From Amphiscolops sp. MND2022 (lineage: Eukaryota): 64,000 nucleotides of DNA. The notes under the pieces were generated by a model that ran no database searches, was not told where the DNA came from, and worked only from the letters and a program-made list of their open reading frames with translations. Both the position numbers and the translations under genes were made by a program. The DNA lies in contig OZ076409.1 in the NCBI GenBank assembly GCA_964187785.1, positions 80,044,001 through 80,108,000 of the forward strand, read 5' to 3'. This document shows positions 23,101-34,673 of the stretch, piece by piece (the stretch's first letter is position 1; every line of letters starts with the position of its first letter).

Positions 23101-24479
23101 TGAAAGACTCTAACCCTCCACTCTCTTGGCCAGCACTGGATCCTTCAGAGGTGTCAGTCCCTGATCCAGAACAGTATTCAGCCCGCGAACTATCTTCCGA
23201 ATCACTTTGCAGCCCTGGGCCGGGAGTTTGAGCCCTTGGCCGGATCTTGAAGTGGTCAGTTCGGGCACTGGAAGTGACGGGAGCCCCTCTAACTGCTCCG
23301 ATTACCATCTGCTCCATGGTGGAGTAGGACATTTTCAAGGTCTCGTCTGTAAGGACCCTCAGAAGATGATAGATTTGTGGCTCCGTGAACGCCACAGTTC
23401 TATGACCAAGCGGGAAGGTGATAGTACTGGCATCATCATCGAAATACTGTTTCAAAATGGCCCTACTACGGCCGGAAAGCTCCCTGATCTTGGGGTCCTG
23501 AGCTGCTGAAGTGGAAGGACGCATGGGATCAGGCATCGCAGCGAAAGTATCAGTTGACGACCCTTCTCCTGCCGTGTCTGCTACATTACCTATTGGAAGG
23601 TAGGCATACAATTGAGGAGCACTAGCCTGACTGGATGTGTCGCCGGCTTCTTCAGTTCCAGTCTCATCACCCAACCACCTGACTTTTGGTGTTCCTGTTG
23701 GCAGCTTGGGGACATCACATAGGGAAGAGCTTTCGTCCGTTTCAATCTGGAGAAATGAGGCTGCGGACATTTCGGCAGGAGTCACGTTAGTGGGCAACAA
23801 TTCCGGTAATATAGTCCTCGAGGAAGGAGCAATCGTTAGCCCAGTCTCTAACTGAGTCAAATTGAGCTCGTCGGTTTCACCGGCTACGCCTGAAGTTGGG
23901 GTACTAGTACGAAAGACCGGTATAGTGACCCGTGCTTCGATCCCCGCGGAAGAAGGACCCTCAGGTATACCTCTCCCAGTCTCTTGTTCCCTTCTCTCAG
24001 AGTTCTCCGCAGTATGTCCCTCTGATTGCTGTTGGGCCTGTTCAAGGAGCTGGAGCTTTTCGTCGGCATAAGAAGTTACATCAACGTTGCTGTCTGTGCT
24101 GCTGGGAGACCTTGGTGGCCTGGTTGGAGGAAAAGGAGGAGGAGACAATTGTGGTCTTTGGACGGTAGAGGAAGTACCCACAGAAACAGTCGTCTGAGTA
24201 CGTTGGTCGGGAATGTCCGCTGCAGAGTTAGTTTGTGTTTGCAGTTCGTCTCCTGGCTGGTTCGCTAAACAAAAGGAGATGAAATTTGGCGGTGAGCTTC
24301 CTTGAAAAAAATCCATTTTACCGCATTAGAAAACTTCCGGAAGTGCTTGAAAATCTGAACGAAACGTGTTATCACGCGTTTACTAATGGAAACAGGAAGC
24401 ATGTTGTGAACGGATTTAACCCTGATCAAGTTAAATTTTAGTTCGGAATAAAAACAAACCAACCTTCAGATGAAGACAT
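20158..24479 (-). CDS. Antisense spliced gene for a ~1290 aa BED-finger, hAT-transposase-derived protein; exons 24479-24464, 24300-22311, 22232-21747, 21670-21454, 21314-20158 (needs +1 nt near 22325)
   Basis: Four GT-AG introns (donors gttggt, gtaagt, gtaagt, gtgagt) link ORFs 22307-24316, 21720-22202, 21389-21646 and 20158-21210. Three junctions are phase-compatible; the fourth needs one extra G in a G5 run. BED motif WCHIC..HHRTEKH and collinear hAT-like blocks present. Confidence 0.8.
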
Positions 24480-25359
24480 CCTGGGACTGAATTGGATGTG
24501 GGAACGAGTCCTTGTCCGGCTGTAGAAGGTGATGGATATGGCCGAAATCGGCTGGAGAAAGGGGAGCAAGGGTTGCTTTGGGATGAAGAATCGGCTAAGA
24601 AGTGTCGTGTGCGGGGAAATAAGTATCAGTCGAGAAGAGACAAATAGAAGATAATCAGAATTAAAATGGAATCGAAATTGGGTAGAAGAATTGAAGAAAT
24701 TGGAAAGTTGGAGTTCGTGGCTGAAGATTATTACCAGACTAATATTATGGATTATCTACATATTTATTCTGTACATGGAACCTGCCAGTGAAATGTACAA
24801 AGAACTTTATTACTTACAGCTTATTTAGTTAGAGGCCGGTTATGGCCGTTTACCCTGTTTTGTTTTGCCGGTTTGTCCAGTTACCCTAGTTATCCTTAGC
24901 TAGAATTTTCGCCATCTTGAATTATTTGGATTTATTATTTTCGCCATTTTTATTATTTAATTTTGCAATTTATCAAAGCTTAAAGCTGATTGGCTGAAGC
25001 CATTTTGAAAGAATTCTGCGTCGCGTGCCGTTAATTGCTCTCAGGCAGACTGTTAATTACCCACTTGAAACGGGTGAAGATAATATTTACAACTCAAGCG
25101 TCGTTAACACCTCTCAGAGTGATGGTGCTGATAGGGGGTAAACACTGAGTTATCAAAGGATGCCGAATAATTATAAAATTCCATTCAGGAATGTTTACGT
25201 CGGATCAGGGCGATTTACCGATAACTCAACCGCCAAAAACGAATTGCCGGGAAAAGGCCTGAGTCGACTAAAATTTTGAGTTGGTAAATTCATTCCACTT
25301 TGAAACCTCACTCAAGCTAGTTAACTTTTCCAATCAGCAAAATTGCTAAGAAACTCATA

Positions 25360-26145
25360 ATGCAGAGGTATAACCTAACTAAAAAGCTCTTTGATTTTGA
25401 AGAAGACTCAGAAAGCTCAGTGGATTCAGTTATCTATATTTCAAGTGATAGTGAGAATGAAGTCTCAAGTTCCTGGGACTCAGACTGGTCCACGGATACA
25501 GAAGGAATCATAGAAAGAATAGAGCGAGAGGTAAAAGCAGCTCCAATCCCTATAGCGAGACGCGGGATGACGACGGAAGATTTAGATGACGAGATGACAG
25601 CTGGACCAAGCAGTGCATGGCCTGTTCCGCCCTCTACCCCTAAACTGGGATTCGAGTATTTTAACAAGGAAATGTGCTTGGCCCCATTGAAAAAACAAAG
25701 AAAATCAAAAGTTGATCTCTGTGCAACTGTATTACCCGTTCTGGAGTCCCCACAGTCTCCTCCTGACCATGAAAGAGGACCGAGCATTGACACCCCTCTC
25801 GCGCAGTCAACCTCTGGATCTTTCTATGCGTCTTATCATGTGCAGAATATCGAGCCTTACCAGGATGTGAGCCAAAATTTGCACACAGGCTGTATGGTAT
25901 GTGGCAAGTCGAGAGATCAAATAAAAGCAGAAAAGGTGAACTGGTACATGCAAAGATCGACACCTAGCAGTGAGCCCGCTTATATCACCGCCCTACGACG
26001 AGAGGCTTATGAAAATGGCTTGAACGCAGGAAGCTTACTTTTCCTAACACCCGCAGTGTCGCAGGCTGCCGCCTGTGACGGTACAAGAATCACTACTACC
26101 GCAGAAGGACAGGAAATTGCGGTCGGAACTCTACCAATATATTAG
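25360..26145 (+). CDS. Orphan accessory ORF (261 aa), acidic N-terminus, His/CxxC motif; last 89 nt inside the 3' LTR
   Basis: ATG-initiated uninterrupted ORF inside the element; no signal peptide or TM segment visible, so not env-like. Confidence 0.7.
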   Translation: MQRYNLTKKLFDFEEDSESSVDSVIYISSDSENEVSSSWDSDWSTDTEGIIERIEREVKAAPIPIARRGMTTEDLDDEMTAGPSSAWPVPPSTPKLGFEYFNKEMCLAPLKKQRKSKVDLCATVLPVLESPQSPPDHERGPSIDTPLAQSTSGSFYASYHVQNIEPYQDVSQNLHTGCMVCGKSRDQIKAEKVNWYMQRSTPSSEPAYITALRREAYENGLNAGSLLFLTPAVSQAAACDGTRITTTAEGQEIAVGTLPIY

Positions 26146-27994
26146 AGGTAAACATTAAAAACACAAACTTTGCTATTATTTTTTAGTCTACAAGTTGTAC
26201 CTGTTATCGTTGCGAATTTTACACTTAGTATATAATTTGTTGATATTAGTCCGTTAATGCCCACATTTGAAAATTCAGATGCTGTATTGATAATTGTAAG
26301 AGCTAGAAGTGAAGTATAAACACGCTGTTATAGCAATAGGTAGGCAGCTAGAAAGCGTAAAGGAAACGAGTTCAAGTGAACGTAACTCCAATTCCGGAGA
26401 CGTCACTTGAGCTCAACCTGCTAGCCAATCATATTCATCCATTTGTGCAATAGTAGTGCTGTATTTAATTAATGGCCGGTTTAGGCCATATGCCGGGATT
26501 TCACCTTTATCTATCGGCGCTTTAGTCAAACGGCCGGTTCCGGCCTTAATGTTTAGATGAAAGGATATTAATGCGAGCACTGTTGCGTTTCGTTAAATAG
26601 TAGTCTAATCACGTTGCTGTACTAATTAAACGTTCATTTCGGCTAATTGGCGCTTTATTTTGTCCATTCCAATATTAGGCCGAATAAGGCCGTTTGCCTG
26701 ATTTCTACCCTCTGTTGCTGTGACCAATTGGACAGTGGCCGGTTGAGGCCCCTTCTCAATGCTATTATTCAGATGTTAATTACGACCATTTAGTGTACTT
26801 TAAATGTCACGTATAATTACAAGTACACCGTAAAGACTCATGTAACATTGAAATTAATTGGTGTAATCAATACCAATGTATGATGTTGCTACCAATATTA
26901 GTCCAAAGGACATGTCTGACCATATTTACTAGTTGACACATGGAATCTACGTGCATATTATATAAAGGAAAATGTGTGCTGTTACATGTAACATTGATGT
27001 ATACAAGTTGATGTAGCCTGCTAACGGGGCACGTGCCGACACGAGATTGTCAGCATTCCTGAAATATTAGCGGCGTAAACATTTTAATCGATGCTATTTG
27101 ATGTACCGCGTGCCTTTTGAATACTTGTTACAGTTGTCAAAACAGGAATTTGATCGGCCGCGTGACCTTACGATCACGATTCGGCGGCACTTTGATGCTT
27201 GCATAGTCGAGTTAAGTCAGGTGCTTTCGGAATGTGTTTGTAACATTTTTTAGCTGTTTGCATCATGTTTATCCCGCCCAAGGAAGTATATATAGGGGCA
27301 ACTTCCTTTGGGTGGACACAGTTTTTGTTTTTCTCCCAGTATTCAGTTGATAACACTTTCTCGTTAACAATCACCAATTCTGTTTTCCGGTTTTAATAAT
27401 TTAATTATTCAACCCGGTTTAGTCTTAATGCCTACTACCAGAAAGCAAAAGAAGGCGAGGAGATCTAGGGGATTAGAGATTCTCTCTGACATTGAAAACC
27501 TTGACATAATGTTAGGTGAAAATCACTTCAATGATATGAGAAGAGACGAAAGTCTCGATGAAACTTCCGTTAGAAGGCAAGAAAGTGTTACAAGCAATAA
27601 CTTAGAAAATGAGGAAATGGATCTCCACTCTGATCATAGAAATCCGAAACTGGGACTAGTGCCGGCTACGACCGGATCACAGCAAGTATAGATTCTCAAG
27701 CTGAGATCAATAAGTTATCGTGTGAACTAAACTCTAGAATATCTAGGGAGATGGACGAGATGATGAACAGTGTTAGTTCTCAAATCCAGAGAGCCATAAG
27801 TGATGCCATCAATAACCAAGTTTTGCCACAAATTCAAAACGTTGTTATGGCCGGTTCAGGACAAGAGACTAGAAGGGGATGGGAGAGATCCGACGAGAGA
27901 CCGGAAAATTATTCCGAAGTTCAGCATAACGCGAAAACTAGAACTACCTTCAATAATGAACATGGTGGAAGACCACAACGTAATGTTCATGACA
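26057..27994 (+). repeat. 3' LTR (1938 bp), carrying a frameshifted copy of the gag 5' end (ORFs 27428-27691, 27751-28077)
   Basis: Copy of the 5' LTR with a 1 nt deletion (AATCCCG to AATCCG) near 27645; followed by TSD AGATG. Confidence 0.96.
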
Positions 27995-28574
27995 AGATGA
28001 AATCTTCCGAATATTTGGTTTTGGCCCGAGATCTAAATCGAAATAATTCAGCTAAATCGTTTTCCCTAAGACACTGAAGTATGTAGAGATTCACAGGAAG
28101 TCAATGAATTGTTTTCAGCTTCTTGGAGCAATAGTTCAAATGTTCACATGGAGTGTGCGGCATGTGGCTTCAAAGTTTTTGCTTGAGGTACCTTCTTGGC
28201 ATTTGAAAACATGTCGGGGACAACTCATTGGATAAAACTTTTTTGGGTTATCTAGATTTTGGTGGATACTGGTCTAATATTAGGAAACTAAAATACTTTT
28301 CCGGCATTCGTTAGTTCCTCTTCTTGGTGGACATTACCAGGAGTTTTTTCCTATCTATCATTTTTCTCCTATTTGTTGTTTTCGACTTCGTCGATTTCTC
28401 CACCTTCGTTCATGTGATCGGAATCGGTTGTTTTGTTGCACACATTTTCCAGTTCCTATTTCAGGATGTCTGGAACGATCTCCAGTGTACGTACCTTCCC
28501 CGCAAATGTTGGCGGTTTTGAGTTTTGATCAAATACTCAGATCCGATTGCGGTTTTTAGTCGGCGCTTTTCAAC

Positions 28575-28716
28575 AAAATCCAAGATCTTTCCAAGATATT
28601 CAAGATCCAAGATCTTACCAGGATATTCAAGATCCAAGATCTTGTCAAGAAGATGTCCAAGATGAAATCCAAGATCTTACCAAGAAATTCTAGATGTCAA
28701 GATAAAACCTAAGGTC
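28575..28716. repeat. CAAGATCTT repeat array interrupted by the gypsy element; continues at 34674-34745
   Basis: CCAAGATCTT/CAAGATATT units occur on both sides of the LTR element. Confidence 0.7.
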
Positions 28717-31700
28717 TGTGATATCATGCAGATATCATGACCTTCAAAACCATGAACCTAGACAGAGAGCACACTATTGTTGTTAAACCTAGAACTCTAA
28801 TTACTGTCAATTTGAGTTTATTGCATTTTGTGTTGTACAATAGATGATTGACCATTGTACTAAAGATTGATACCATAGATTAGTTACTGAAGAAGATACG
28901 AATTTATCATCTTAGATAAAGAGCCTTTTTACCATGCTAGACCAAGAATACAACATGGCGCAGTAGCAAGATTTACTTTTATCCGTGGATAATTTAATTT
29001 TAACCGACCAAATATCAATGACGACAACCAAGAGTAATATATTGCTACCATACCTCGAGGATACTGGACTTGATGGGAAAAAACTATACACCCCCAAAGA
29101 ATGGACCGAACAATTACGGCATTACATAAAACGAATCCATGATATCGATATAAAACCGGCTTTATCCGGGGAAACAATGCCAACAAGTAACAAAGGACAG
29201 CAAAAGAACCGGAAATAAGACAAGATTTCATCTGGGGACCAGGACCATCGGCAATAGAGACGATCACCAAAGGAGAATTTAACACAGACCCTGACACCAT
29301 CAATACAAAAAGACTTATCCAACTATTCAAGGATTACTACATGCCGAAGCGAAACACCTACCACAGCCGAGAAGATTTCTTCTGGGCAAAACAAGAAGAC
29401 AACGAAACTCCGGAAGAACACTGGCGAAAATTAGTATCCCTCGAAAAGAACTGTGAATTCAAAGATATTAAACAAGAAGACCTACTAATATCAAAATTCA
29501 TCATTAGCGTCACCGACAAAAAACTACGGGAAAAACTTATCCGCGAAAAAACCCTGAATCTGAAAACTACCATGGACCTGGTAACCCAAGACAGTTATGA
29601 AAAGAGACATAAGCAATCAACAATACCACCAGCACTGGCGAAAGAAAAAGAAATAAAAGAAGAACCCATACAGAAGATACAACCACGAAACCACCGAAAA
29701 AACACCGAAATAACAGCAAAAAACAATAATTGTGGTTTCTGCGGACAGCAAAACTGGTCACCATCACACAAATGCCCGGCAAAAACGGCAGAATGCAACA
29801 ATTGCCACAAAATGTGACACTTTGCACGAGTTTGCCGCAGCAAAACCAACAAGAACACAAGAAAACAAAAAATTAACTACCTGGAAGAAACATACACCGA
29901 AGAAGAAGAAAGCGAACCAGAAGAAATACAACAAATTACGCAAATCAATAGAGTACTACCGTACGAAAATGACAATTACGGGATCAAACTAAAAATTAAC
30001 GGTAAATATCAAAATTTCACCATTGATACCGGTTCTCCAGTTACAGTAAAGCCAAACAACCCAGAACTCTACAACCAAAGAGACATAAAACCCCTGAAAG
30101 AAAGATATCAAGACGTAAACAAAAATGAAATCAAATTCCTCGGGAAAATATGGGCCGATATCGAATACAACGGGAAGACAACAAAATTACCAATCCTAAT
30201 CACAAAGAGGAACGACATCACTCCACTATTAGGCGTGAACTGGCTGAAACAATTACCAATAACCATTAACAAAATCCAATTGGGCGAATCAACCAACCAG
30301 TCAGAAACTATCTACTCGAAATTCAACAAACTATTCGAAACAAACCACACAATCAAAAATATAGAAGTGAAAATCCAAATAAAGCCAGGATGTTACCCCA
30401 ACCAGCAGAAAGCCAGACCGATACCGTACCATCTACAAAAAGACGTAAAAAATGAACTGGACCGACTAATAAAATCGGGACATCTCGAACGACTAGAAAC
30501 AATCGAAGAAGACTGTTTCGTATCACCCGTAGTAATAACGGTAAAGAAAGACAAGACAGTAAAAATTGCGCTAGACGCCCGAAAACGCAACGACAGCTGT
30601 ATAAAGAAAAGGCCACATATGCCAAATATGGAAGGATTACTAAACTAAATATCAGCCGAACTATCCAAGAATGACCGTGACCCAATCTGGATATCCGTAG
30701 TAGATCTCGCCTACGCATACGGACAAATGAAACTGGCTCCCGAGACAAGTAAACACTGCAACTTTGCGATGACAGGAGAGAAAATAAATGGATACTACCG
30801 ATTTTTAAATGGATTCTACGGTCCCGCAGACATACCAACGATTTTTCAAGAGAAAATAGACAGCACTCTGGGCCACCAAACACCAGTTTGGTTAGATGAC
30901 ATCATAATTGTCACACGCGGAACCAAAGAAGAACACACCCGAAAATTATATTCGGTAGTGACAAAACTGGAAAACGAAGGCTACAAAGCAAGCAAGAAAA
31001 AGTCAACATTCTACCAAAAAGAAACAATATGGTTTGGACATACGATATCACAAGACGGAATTAGACCAAACAAAGAAAAGACCGACGCGATAAACAAACT
31101 AGAACCACCAACAAACACCAAAACACTAAAATCTTTCCTCGGAGCTATACAGTATTTTGCGAAATTCATACCGAACCTATCCGAGAAAACAGACAACATG
31201 AGACAACTACTCAAAAAAGGGACTAAATGGGAATGGACAACCGACCCAAATTCGGATTTCAACAAGATAAAACAAGAACTAATATCACTGCCCTGTTTGG
31301 CACGCTAAAACGGCAATAAATAAAATTTTGTCACAACCGACGCATGCAAAAGCGGCCTGGGAATAGCACTCTGGCAAAAACAAGGAAATGGAGAGCTAAA
31401 ACCGATAACATTCGCCAGCCGCTACCTAAATGACGCCGAAAAATATTCTATCGGAGAACTAGAACTACTAGCCGTTGTATGGGGCTTGGAAAGATTTATA
31501 TTTCATCTATATGGCAAACAAGTCCAATTATTCTCGGACCACCAAGCACTAATACCCCTCCTGAAGAGAAACAAGACAAATAAACTATACAGTGCGCGAC
31601 TAACACGATGGCTAGACAGATTGAACCATTTCGACATCTGTCTTAAACACACTGCCGGTAAAGAAACTAAATTCACGGACTTTATCAGCCGAAATCCTAC

Positions 31701-34673
31701 CGAAAATCCAGAACCGGAAGAAAATTACGAAGAAGAATTTGTTATTAACGCCATCGCGCAACTAGCAACGGTAAACGCCCGAATAGGACGGATTTTCGAC
31801 CAATCAGAAGACGCGACTACGGCAACCGAAGCAAACATGCGTGATACGCGCTCGCTAATTGACACGCGACGCTACCAAACAAACAAACGCCATATTGATT
31901 CTAATTACCGCATCCAACAGCATTCATCCGTTACTGATTGTTTAAAAATGAATAACAATGAAAATAACACACGTTTCTTCCGTACAGACGGATAATTACA
32001 ACACCATTGGGATGCAGATGACGACATTATGGCCATTATCAACGCAAGAGACAAATCACACGAAACTGCGGAACTCGTGAGAAGAAGAGTACATTTGGCG
32101 AGACTGGGTCTAATGAGACCACATTACAACAAAAATCTGGGCCGAGAAATATACGTACCGAGAAGACCGGAAGAAGACGAAAGAAGAGAAATAAAACGAA
32201 TCGACATCCAACTGAGACAAAAGATTAGAGAACAACATATCGGCGGAGGATACTTCCAAAACTTCGGGGACGACATCCCCAGGGAAAAAAAACCGAACAA
32301 CTGCAAACTGAGAGAAACGAACCGGCCCCAGGAAACGAAACCAATCGAGACGCAGAATCCACCGTCTCAAACAACTCGGAGGAAGCAGTAGCCACCCACG
32401 AACCCGGAACCTACCCAGCAATACCAGTCCAAGAATACAGAGACGGGCCAATCGAAGAAATCGCCGTACACTACGTGAGAATTAACAGCGTAGTTGAAGA
32501 AAAACCGAAACGTAACAGACAACAAGAGGACAATGTCAGATCGGCAGGACTGGACTTCATGCTAGACTTGGAAACCATTATCAAGAAGACGGCCGCTGAC
32601 CCCGACCTCATCGAACTAAACTGCTGCATCGAGGACAACAAACTGGACCAGATCCCGCAGAACTACAGAACCGTAGTCAAGAAACTGACACACCGTTGGG
32701 GCATTGTAATGGTTGACGACCGCATCGTAATCCCAAAATCACTACGTTACGCAGCACTTAACGCACTACACTTTGGACACCCTGGGATTAACAAAATGTA
32801 CAACGACGCGGCAATATTCTGGTGGCCGAATATGCGGGAAGATATTGAGAAGAAATTGAAAACCTGCTCAGCCTGCCTCAACGCCGGTAAGAACCTAAAA
32901 TTCCAACTACCCCAAACCGAAAAATCAAAAATTGAACCACCGAAAACACCCGGTGAAGACAAATTGATTCCACGGGAAATCTCAATAATAAAAAACTGCA
33001 AAACAATCCGTTCATACTAATTGCGGTCGATAAAAATAGCCGATGGCCCGTAGCAAAAATATGTAAAAACACGAACCACGAAACCGTAATTTCATTTCTA
33101 GATGAATATATAAACGTATACGGGGTACCGAAACAAATAAATTCGGACAAAGGCGGCGCCTTTATTTCCAAAGAGTACATAGAATTTTGCAAGACGCATA
33201 TTATCAACCGCATATACGGTACGGCAAACTTACACACTGGCACCGGATAGGTCGAACGTACAATCCAATCGTTGAAGAACTTGATATTGGCAAATTTAGA
33301 AGACAATCAAAACCTTCGTGAAAGCGTAAATAGAGCACTATACGTCCTAAGATTTACAATACATTCAGAAACAAAGATAACCCCGTTTGAACTGCATTTC
33401 GGACGGACACCAAGAACTAAACTGTCTAACCTAAAAAACTCTATTTTAGTGGACTCCAAAGACCTTTCGGTGTACATGACCAGAAACTCAACCGGACAAA
33501 TCACGGATCATCTGGTAATGTCAAAGAAAAAGATAGCCGAACCAAGATACAAACGAGGGATGACATTCTCCCAAACAAAAAAAAAACAACCAGTGCGGTA
33601 AGTTAATTTGAATATCCTTTCAAATTTTACGAAAAAAACTACAAAAAAGGATCGATGGAAAGTAAATTCAATAATAAAATACAAATTGCTGTATCTGAAA
33701 CGAAACACACCGTGACAACGGATAAGAACAAAGTAATCCACAGGAAACTAATATCCAACCCGTTACCATTTCAGCAAACAACAACAACACCGGCAAAGAA
33801 GATCAACACCCACCAAAATACCGCAGACCAGCCTACCTGCTCCAAAACACTGGACAAAGCAGCCACCAGCGGAGCACCCTGCATCTATAGCAGGAAAGAG
33901 GCACCGAAGAACACCGCAAACTACGAAAGAAGCGAAGACTGGTCGAAAAGAAAAGAAATACCCAGAAACAACAAGGTACAATTCACATCACCAAACAAAA
34001 ACACGGCAAACCTAAACCTGAGCATCATATCCGACGACGACGACGACGACTTCGAATATTATAACAAAGCGGAAGGAAAACCGATACAAGTCAACATCCA
34101 GGACGAACTCCAGCTTCATCCCAAGGACACCAACCTGACACCGGAACAAGGTAGCTATAAAGGAAAAAATAGAACAGAAAAACCGATAGAACCGGTCAGA
34201 AGATCCAAAAGACTGCCTTTTGCAAAACAAACCGAAAAACTAGGCGGAATACCGTACCATATTAGTAACAATAAGAAAAAATTAACTAACCACGGTAATT
34301 TATTACAGGAAACAACAGCGGAAACAGCGGAGAGAAGTGAGATGGAGAATGACCGTCCAATGCGGAAAAACAATGAAGAAATCCGTACCATACGGCCACT
34401 ACAACAAACCCCCATTGGACAACTCCGAAGAGGGGGGAATGTGATATCATGCAGATATCATGACCTTCAAAACCATGAACCTAGACAGAGAGCACACTAT
34501 TGTTGTTAAACATAGAACTCTAATTACTGTCAATTTGAGTTTATTTTGTGTTGTACAATAGATGATTGACCATTGTACTAAAGATTGATACCATAGATTA
34601 GTTACTGAAGAAGATACGAATTTATCATCTTAAATAAAGAGCCTTTTTACCATGCTAGACCAAGAATACAACA
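28717..34673 (+). mobile_element. Decayed 5.96 kb Ty3/gypsy LTR retrotransposon
   Basis: LTRs 28717-28955 and 34440-34673 (TG...CA; 5 bp indel plus about 2 substitutions); PBS TGGCGCAGTAGC at 28956 (tRNA-Ser-like, inferred); PPT GAAGAGGGGGGAA 34427-34439; TSD AGGTC/AGATC (1 mismatch). Confidence 0.93.
28985..34439 (+). pseudogene. gag-pol pseudogene with multiple stops and frameshifts
   Basis: Fragments: CGFCGQQNWSPSHKC and CNNCHKM*HFARVC knuckles, IDTGSP protease, WLDD RT, TDAC RNase H, HFGHPG..CSAC and SDKG integrase. Confidence 0.9.

Larger units (their letters stand above)
11677..27994 (+). mobile_element. 16.3 kb Ty3/gypsy LTR retrotransposon with a two-gene accessory cassette
   Basis: Direct repeats 11677-13615 and 26057-27994 with TGTC...GACA termini; TSD AGATG at 11672-11676 and 27995-27999; PBS at 13616; gag then PR-RT-RH-INT. 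Confidence 0.97.

Noticed and set aside
19933..25359. Antisense gene as an independent nested hAT DNA transposon
   Set aside because: No TIRs or 8 bp TSD seen around it, and catalytic motifs look lost while the ORF stays nearly intact. Not fully excluded without other copies.
20158..26145. env gene in the post-pol region
   Set aside because: No ORF with signal peptide, furin site plus fusion peptide and C-terminal TM anchor.
11677..27994. 1.9 kb repeats as a segmental duplication or assembly error
   Set aside because: TG...CA ends, adjacent PBS and a perfect 5 bp TSD identify them as LTRs.
27428..28077. A second element starting in tandem (gag-like ORFs)
   Set aside because: These are the gag leader inside the 3' LTR; similarity stops exactly at the TSD.
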